Origin: Thermoproteota archaeon | Lineage (GTDB): Archaea; Asgardarchaeota; Jordiarchaeia; Jordiarchaeales; Freyrarchaeaceae | DNA: 64,000 bases | NCBI GenBank assembly: GCA_029258835.1 | Contig: JAPDJY010000039.1 | Coordinates: 1-64,000 of the forward strand | Direction of reading: 5' to 3' | In this document: one piece after another, positions 58,850 through 64,000 of the stretch | Numbering within the stretch: position 1 is the first letter of the stretch | Layout: every line of letters starts with the position of its first letter | The notes under the pieces: generated by a model | The model's database searches: none | Seen by the model: the letters and a program-made list of their open reading frames with translations, nothing else | What the model was told of the DNA's origin: nothing | Translations under genes and position numbers: made by a program

Positions 58850-60215
58850 AATAAAAACTGCAGTTTACATATGTGTCTTCATACTTGTGTGGGTTCCATT
58901 AGTGTTACCGTTGATTCCAGGGTACACGCAGAGTATTAAAACTGAAGACTTTTCAATCTATAACCCTTTCTGGAATGGATGCTTCCTTTTTAAAATGGAG
59001 TTAAGTAGGAAAGGGTACGATGTACGCCCTCTTATTTCGTCGTTAAGTGTTCTCAGTAGAGCGGAAAATGCGACGCTGGTGATCTTAGGCCCATCATCAG
59101 CAACAATAAACCCTATAGAGATTACAGAGCTGGCTGCTTTCGTCCGCGATGGAGGAAGCATACTTATTGCTGATGATTTTGGTACAGGAAACATGTTTAC
59201 AGCTCTTCTCTTCTGGACGTTGGGCCTTCAACCACCTTTCTTCTGGAAATATCCGCTTTATGGTTCCTATAAGGGAAGCTTAACAACTTGGACGATTACG
59301 CCAACGGTCACCACGTTTAATGTTTCGCATCCAATATTTCAAGGAGTACATCAGATAATACTTAACGCTCCAACGGCTTTAGCAAATGTTCCTCCTGAAA
59401 GCCAAACTGCAACGTTAACCCTTGGGATCCTGGACGTTGATGGAGATATGCAACTGGAACCATTTATGCCAGATATAATGCTCCCGAACGCAGTCATAGT
59501 GGCGGTTTATGATCTTAGTAAAATGAGCATTGAGGTGGATGGGCAAGAAATTAACTACGGAAAGGGTAAAATAGTTTTAGTAAGTGACCCAAGTATTTTT
59601 AACAATGACATGATCATGCGGGGTGATAATCTTAAGTTTGCGTCGAATCTAATCGACTGGCTTTCAGGGAAGAATGATGGAGGAAGCAACTTAGTTATTT
59701 TTGACGAAGCCCATTTGGCGACTCCATTTTATTCCTATGATAAGCTTTTTGGAAGCATAATGGGTTATATTGACTGGGCTAGTGCCAACTGGCTTTTAGC
59801 ACCCATATATCCGATTCTCATCGTTTTTTCAATTTGGAGGTGGCTTCCTAGGAGGAAGCCTGAGGAGCTTGGGCCAACACCAGTGTACTTGAAGAGGGGA
59901 AAAACGTTTCTTACAGAAAGGCTGGAGTGGTATAAAGAGAATAAGCAGTATGGTTACGCTGTGAAGCTGCTTTACAGGAGAATGAAGCGCTACATTTTAA
60001 GATATCTAAAACTCAAGGAGTTTGATGTGGAAACGGTGGCGAAGATGCTGGCTAAGCGGATTCCAGACATGAAAAGGAAGGAGATCAAGAGGTTTCTTGA
60101 AACATGTGAAGTGATAGATAGAGGGGAGAAGCCGGTATTCATTAGCTCTGACGTCTTCTTAAACTACTTTTTCAGGATGAAGAAGATTATGGAGGGTGTT
60201 GTAAGTGGTAAGTGA
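58842..60215 (+). CDS. DUF4350-family membrane protein
   Basis: FSIYNPFWNG, GGSILIADDFGTGN, GKGKIVLVSDPSIFNNDM, IFDEAH. Confidence 0.8.
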   Translation: MGKIKTAVYICVFILVWVPLVLPLIPGYTQSIKTEDFSIYNPFWNGCFLFKMELSRKGYDVRPLISSLSVLSRAENATLVILGPSSATINPIEITELAAFVRDGGSILIADDFGTGNMFTALLFWTLGLQPPFFWKYPLYGSYKGSLTTWTITPTVTTFNVSHPIFQGVHQIILNAPTALANVPPESQTATLTLGILDVDGDMQLEPFMPDIMLPNAVIVAVYDLSKMSIEVDGQEINYGKGKIVLVSDPSIFNNDMIMRGDNLKFASNLIDWLSGKNDGGSNLVIFDEAHLATPFYSYDKLFGSIMGYIDWASANWLLAPIYPILIVFSIWRWLPRRKPEELGPTPVYLKRGKTFLTERLEWYKENKQYGYAVKLLYRRMKRYILRYLKLKEFDVETVAKMLAKRIPDMKRKEIKRFLETCEVIDRGEKPVFISSDVFLNYFFRMKKIMEGVVSGK

Positions 60216-61164
60216 GGTAGAAGTAGATGTTAGTAGTGTAAAGGCCTTTGCAAACGCGATACTAGACGAGTTCAGAAAGGTTATTGTAGGGAAAATCGAT
60301 GTTTTCGAAAACCTGCTGATCGCGCTTTTATGTAACGGGCACGTGCTTCTTGAGGGAGTTCCAGGCGTGGCGAAGACGTTTATGGCGAAAACGTTTGCGA
60401 GAACTCTTGGCTGCTCCTTTAAAAGGATCCAGTTTACCCCGGATCTTCTTCCATCAGACATTCTAGGAACATACGTTTTCAACCAGAAAAGTGGAGAATT
60501 CATGTTTAGACCAGGACCAATTTTCGCCAACGTGATATTGGCGGATGAGATAAATAGAGCGCCACCTAAAACGCAGTCGGCACTCCTTGAAGCGATGCAG
60601 GAGCGGCAGGTGACCGTTGAAGGGGTCACTCATCCGCTCCCGTCACCGTTCATTGTGATAGCAACGCAGAATCCTATAGAAACCTCTGAGGGGGTTTACC
60701 CTCTTCCGGAGGCCCAGCTTGACCGATTTCTCTTTAAATTAACAGTGGACTATCCAACAGAAGACGAGGAAGTGGAGATATTAAGAAGGAGGCTGAATGT
60801 GGCTGCTGAAGAGGTCACCCCGGTTACCTCTCCAGAGATAATTATTAAGATGCAAGGCATTGTTAAGAACGTTTACATCGCCCCTGAGATAATGGATTAC
60901 ATCAGAGAGTTGGTTATTAGAACAAGGAGGCATCCTCAGATTTTGCTTGGAGGAAGCCCAAGAGCTTCAATAGTATTAATGGAGGGAGCCATGGCGAGAG
61001 CAGCCTTAAACGGGCGAGACTATGTTATACCAGACGACGTTAAAGCTATAGCTAAGCAGACGTTTGTTCATAGGTTAATACTTCGACCTGAGGCTGAACT
61101 TGAGGGAATAACGGCGGAGAGACTTGTAGAACGTTTACTCGAAGAGGTTCCAGTGCCTTTTTAG
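60205..61164 (+). CDS. moxR: MoxR-family AAA+ ATPase
   Basis: GHVLLEGVPGVAKT, RIQFTPDLLPSD, ADEINRAPPKTQSALLEAM, ATQNP, LPEAQLDRF. Confidence 0.96.
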   Translation: MVSEVEVDVSSVKAFANAILDEFRKVIVGKIDVFENLLIALLCNGHVLLEGVPGVAKTFMAKTFARTLGCSFKRIQFTPDLLPSDILGTYVFNQKSGEFMFRPGPIFANVILADEINRAPPKTQSALLEAMQERQVTVEGVTHPLPSPFIVIATQNPIETSEGVYPLPEAQLDRFLFKLTVDYPTEDEEVEILRRRLNVAAEEVTPVTSPEIIIKMQGIVKNVYIAPEIMDYIRELVIRTRRHPQILLGGSPRASIVLMEGAMARAALNGRDYVIPDDVKAIAKQTFVHRLILRPEAELEGITAERLVERLLEEVPVPF

Positions 61165-61179
61165 AGGTGGCTTTAGGAC

Positions 61180-62502
61180 ATGCTAACAGCAAGAGGTGGA
61201 ATAGCCATAGTTAGTGGCGTTTTCACCTTTACATTTGGCTTTGTAACTGTAAACTATTTTCTCGTGTTAGTAGGGGTTATGGTCGTTATAGCGTCCGTTA
61301 TCAGCATGCCATACTTCGCTCTTTCAGCCAACTTTGAGGGAGTGGAGGTTACAAGGACTCTTGATAAAGAGAAAGTTTTCGCTGAGGAGTTCGTTCATGT
61401 TACAGTTAAAGTAGTGAACAAGGGCCGTATGAGGATAGATTACTTGGAAGTTGAGGATGGATATCCTGAAGTGTTTACACTTGCTCTCGGCGAAAACAAA
61501 ATAACGGCCAGACTTGACCCAGGAGGTGAAGTCAGCTTTTCATATGTTTTGCAGTGTAGGCGCAGAGGCGTCCACAGGATAGGGCCGACAAAGCTTATTA
61601 TGCGAGATAGGCTAGGGATTGTATTTGAGGAGGAAGAGATTCCTGTTTACACGGAACTTTTGGTTTACCCGTCATATAAGGACGTTCGAAAGCTCGAGGC
61701 TCTAGGAGCTAAGAGGGTACTTAGCAGGCTTTTTGGCGTTCATAGAACAAGACAGAAGGGCATTGGAGTTGAGTTTTTCGGACTACGTGAATACTTCCCC
61801 ATGGATGATTTTAGGAGAATAGATTGGAAAGCAACGGCTAGAACAGGAGACCTAATAGTGCGAGAGTTTGAAAGTGAAAGGAATATTAAAGTAATGATCC
61901 TTCTTGACTGCAGTAGCAGCATGGGTGGCGGGCTACCTGATAACACCAAGCTAGACTTTGCGATAAGAGCGGCTGTGATGCTGGCGAAGGTTGCCTTGGA
62001 AAGACGGGATGAAGTCGGCTTAGCCGCTTTTTCGGATAAGATACACCAGTACGTCCCCCCAAAACCCGGTAAAGACTACTTCTATAAGATCTTAGAGGCG
62101 TTAGCGTTCGTTGAACCTACGGGTGGAACGTACATGAAGGAAGCCGTGGAGTGGGTTATAAGGCGAGCTCCGAGAAGAATGCTTTACATACTTATCAGCG
62201 ATCTTGAGGGGGAACTTAAAGACATCGTGGATGCTGCGAAGGTCATCAGGGCACATCGAAACCACTTACTTGTTTTATCTCCGTTTGGGCCATGGTTTGA
62301 AGTTTACCCGGAAGACCTTTCTCCCGTTGACCGAGCACTTGCAGAGGCGATATCAGAGGAACTCTTAGAATACAGGCGGAAGATAGGTGATGAGTTGGCA
62401 AAAATGGAGGTGCGGGTGGTGGATGTTGGACCAGATGACTTCTTACCTGCAATTATAACTCAATACTTAAACGCTAAGAGAAGGGGGATTGCGTTACGCT
62501 GA
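61180..62502 (+). CDS. DUF58 (vWA-like) protein
   Basis: N-terminal TM, EFFGLREY, RRIDWKATAR, LLDCSSSM (MIDAS), ILISD. Confidence 0.92.
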   Translation: MLTARGGIAIVSGVFTFTFGFVTVNYFLVLVGVMVVIASVISMPYFALSANFEGVEVTRTLDKEKVFAEEFVHVTVKVVNKGRMRIDYLEVEDGYPEVFTLALGENKITARLDPGGEVSFSYVLQCRRRGVHRIGPTKLIMRDRLGIVFEEEEIPVYTELLVYPSYKDVRKLEALGAKRVLSRLFGVHRTRQKGIGVEFFGLREYFPMDDFRRIDWKATARTGDLIVREFESERNIKVMILLDCSSSMGGGLPDNTKLDFAIRAAVMLAKVALERRDEVGLAAFSDKIHQYVPPKPGKDYFYKILEALAFVEPTGGTYMKEAVEWVIRRAPRRMLYILISDLEGELKDIVDAAKVIRAHRNHLLVLSPFGPWFEVYPEDLSPVDRALAEAISEELLEYRRKIGDELAKMEVRVVDVGPDDFLPAIITQYLNAKRRGIALR

Positions 62503-62543
62503 GGGCGGGAAATTTTTCAGTTGCACGATTTAACGGTTTTCAA

Positions 62544-63848
62544 GTGGGGGTTAGAGCTGTAGCAGCTACTCTTTTCGTCACCGCATTCATGGTGGTTTTC
62601 ACGAGCGTGCAACCTTACATGCAATATGAAGGCCTTCTGGTTTACATTTGGGATACAGGACTACTTGGCATCACGGCGTGGAGAGTTTGGCTCTTCACCA
62701 ACGTGTTAGTAACCGTGATGATGGGGGAACTTACAGCGCAATTAACGAAGCTTGCAATACCACCCGTACTATGGTTCATTTATCCACAGGCATACAGCTA
62801 CTTTCTTCTTGCACAGAGCATGATGGAGACGTTCATGGCGGCAAATTACTTTTACCCTATACCATTAGCATATATCCTTCTAGGGTTTCCCGTGGAGCAA
62901 TGGCTAATTTTTTGGCCGTACATTAGAAATGCAGTTTTAAGTTATGCTGCTTTTTCTTGTATTTGGTCCATTTACTTTCTGCTTTTCCAAGTTTTAGCTG
63001 CCATAGCTCTTATTACAGGGGTCTTTTTCGTTATCAAGGTGAAAACTAAATTTCTTTTTTCTTCTTTTGCAGCCATTCAAGCGGCATTTGGCTTAGCTGC
63101 GCTTACAGGACATGTTAGTATGGGGACGCCGCTTACTAGCAGCTTCTTAACAGCGAACGTTTTTTTCCAGCAAATACTTTTTGGGGGGGTGCAGAGAGCG
63201 CTCACCAGCTTTTTGACGTCACCACTCTTTCTCTCGGCGTTAGCATGCTATCTCTACGTGGAGGCAGGACTTCTTTTAATTTACATGATGGAACTGGTTT
63301 CACCTATCACTGAAAGAGGTAGGAGGGTTGAAAGACAGTTAAGAATAGTAGATGAACTAGTAAATGCTTCAACCATGTTAGAGTTAGGGGAAAGAGTTTC
63401 TCTTAGCAAGGAAGCAAAGGAATTTCTTGAAAAGATGACGGAAATGAAAATTTTTAGTAAACCTGAAGCAGCTAAAATGGAGGCTCTACACGACCTACGT
63501 AGGTTAAAAGCATACGTAGAGCAAATTTATCTGGAAATACCCGATTCACGAGAAACTTTAAGTGCGAGGGCGGCAATGCCGGAAATTACGCCGCTGATTC
63601 GTTCTTCTCTGACGGGCATTGCCTTACGAGTATGTGGAGTAATAGCTTTGTCATTCATATGTTTTACCGTGCTCTTCGTTTTACGTCAGATTGGTGCACC
63701 ATTGCCGATAATTGAAAGCATAGAAGTTGTGCAACCAGAGATAGTACTTATACTTTTGCTGCCCATAGTTTTCAGTTTTTCCATGGCTGCAACGGTAATA
63801 AGGGCAATTACAAAAAGAGGTAAAGAGAGAACGGAAGAAGGCAAATAG
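62544..63848 (+). CDS. Multi-pass membrane protein of the MoxR operon
   Basis: 434-aa ORF with many hydrophobic segments and a charged helical insert before the last two TM helices. Confidence 0.75.
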   Translation: MGVRAVAATLFVTAFMVVFTSVQPYMQYEGLLVYIWDTGLLGITAWRVWLFTNVLVTVMMGELTAQLTKLAIPPVLWFIYPQAYSYFLLAQSMMETFMAANYFYPIPLAYILLGFPVEQWLIFWPYIRNAVLSYAAFSCIWSIYFLLFQVLAAIALITGVFFVIKVKTKFLFSSFAAIQAAFGLAALTGHVSMGTPLTSSFLTANVFFQQILFGGVQRALTSFLTSPLFLSALACYLYVEAGLLLIYMMELVSPITERGRRVERQLRIVDELVNASTMLELGERVSLSKEAKEFLEKMTEMKIFSKPEAAKMEALHDLRRLKAYVEQIYLEIPDSRETLSARAAMPEITPLIRSSLTGIALRVCGVIALSFICFTVLFVLRQIGAPLPIIESIEVVQPEIVLILLLPIVFSFSMAATVIRAITKRGKERTEEGK

Positions 63849-63876
63849 AGAGAAAAAAGAGGGGGGTGATTTTTAT

Positions 63877-63999
63877 TTATAAGGGACGACCTAGCCTTGC
63901 TTTCTCATATTTTTCTTGAATTAATGTTAAGAAGGTACTTTCAGATTCTTCTATTTTTGCTATGCTGGATTTAAATTTTTCAAACTCGATTTTAAGTTC
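63877..63999 (-). CDS. C-terminal fragment of a gene entering from the right edge
   Basis: Open frame ELKIEFEKFKSSIAKIEESESTFLTLIQEKYEKARLGRPL-stop ending at 63877. Confidence 0.5.
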   Translation of the reverse strand, partial: ELKIEFEKFKSSIAKIEESESTFLTLIQEKYEKARLGRPL

Positions 64000-64000
64000 C

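Noticed and set aside
1-64000. tRNA, rRNA, CRISPR array, intact transposase or integrase
   Set aside because: None recognised by eye in the intergenic regions; tRNAscan-SE/Infernal would be needed to exclude small RNAs.

Overview
Gene-dense archaeal chromosome segment with mostly housekeeping content. It holds CDC48 (truncated at the left edge), argGH, cofE, a GPN GTPase, L35Ae, endA, map, the rps13-rps4-rps11-rpoD-rpl18e-rpl13-rps9-rpoN-rps2 operon running into mvk-ipk-fni, dph6-gatCAB, PAC2-Hsp20-eIF5A-Nob1-NSUN6-like, Sm-L37e, tgtA, SmsCB (SufC/B), a small glycosylation cluster beside a probable decayed TnpB element, an HDAC and a MoxR/DUF58/DUF4350 operon. SNAP-like solenoids, a PCI-type winged helix and a longin-like protein suggest an Asgard archaeon; this is inference, not a computed placement. 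Best candidates for something new: (1) three SNAP/TPR-like genes next to CDC48, one of which fuses a copy of its neighbour's C-terminal half to a PCI winged helix and a zinc ribbon; (2) a 1583-aa surface protein with two tandem transglutaminase-like domains that both lack the catalytic His; (3) a stand-alone longin/uDENN-like protein; (4) a +1 frameshift in mevalonate kinase at UUU_CGG_UGA. I recognised no rRNA, tRNA or CRISPR array. All family calls come from reading motifs by eye; no database searches were run.
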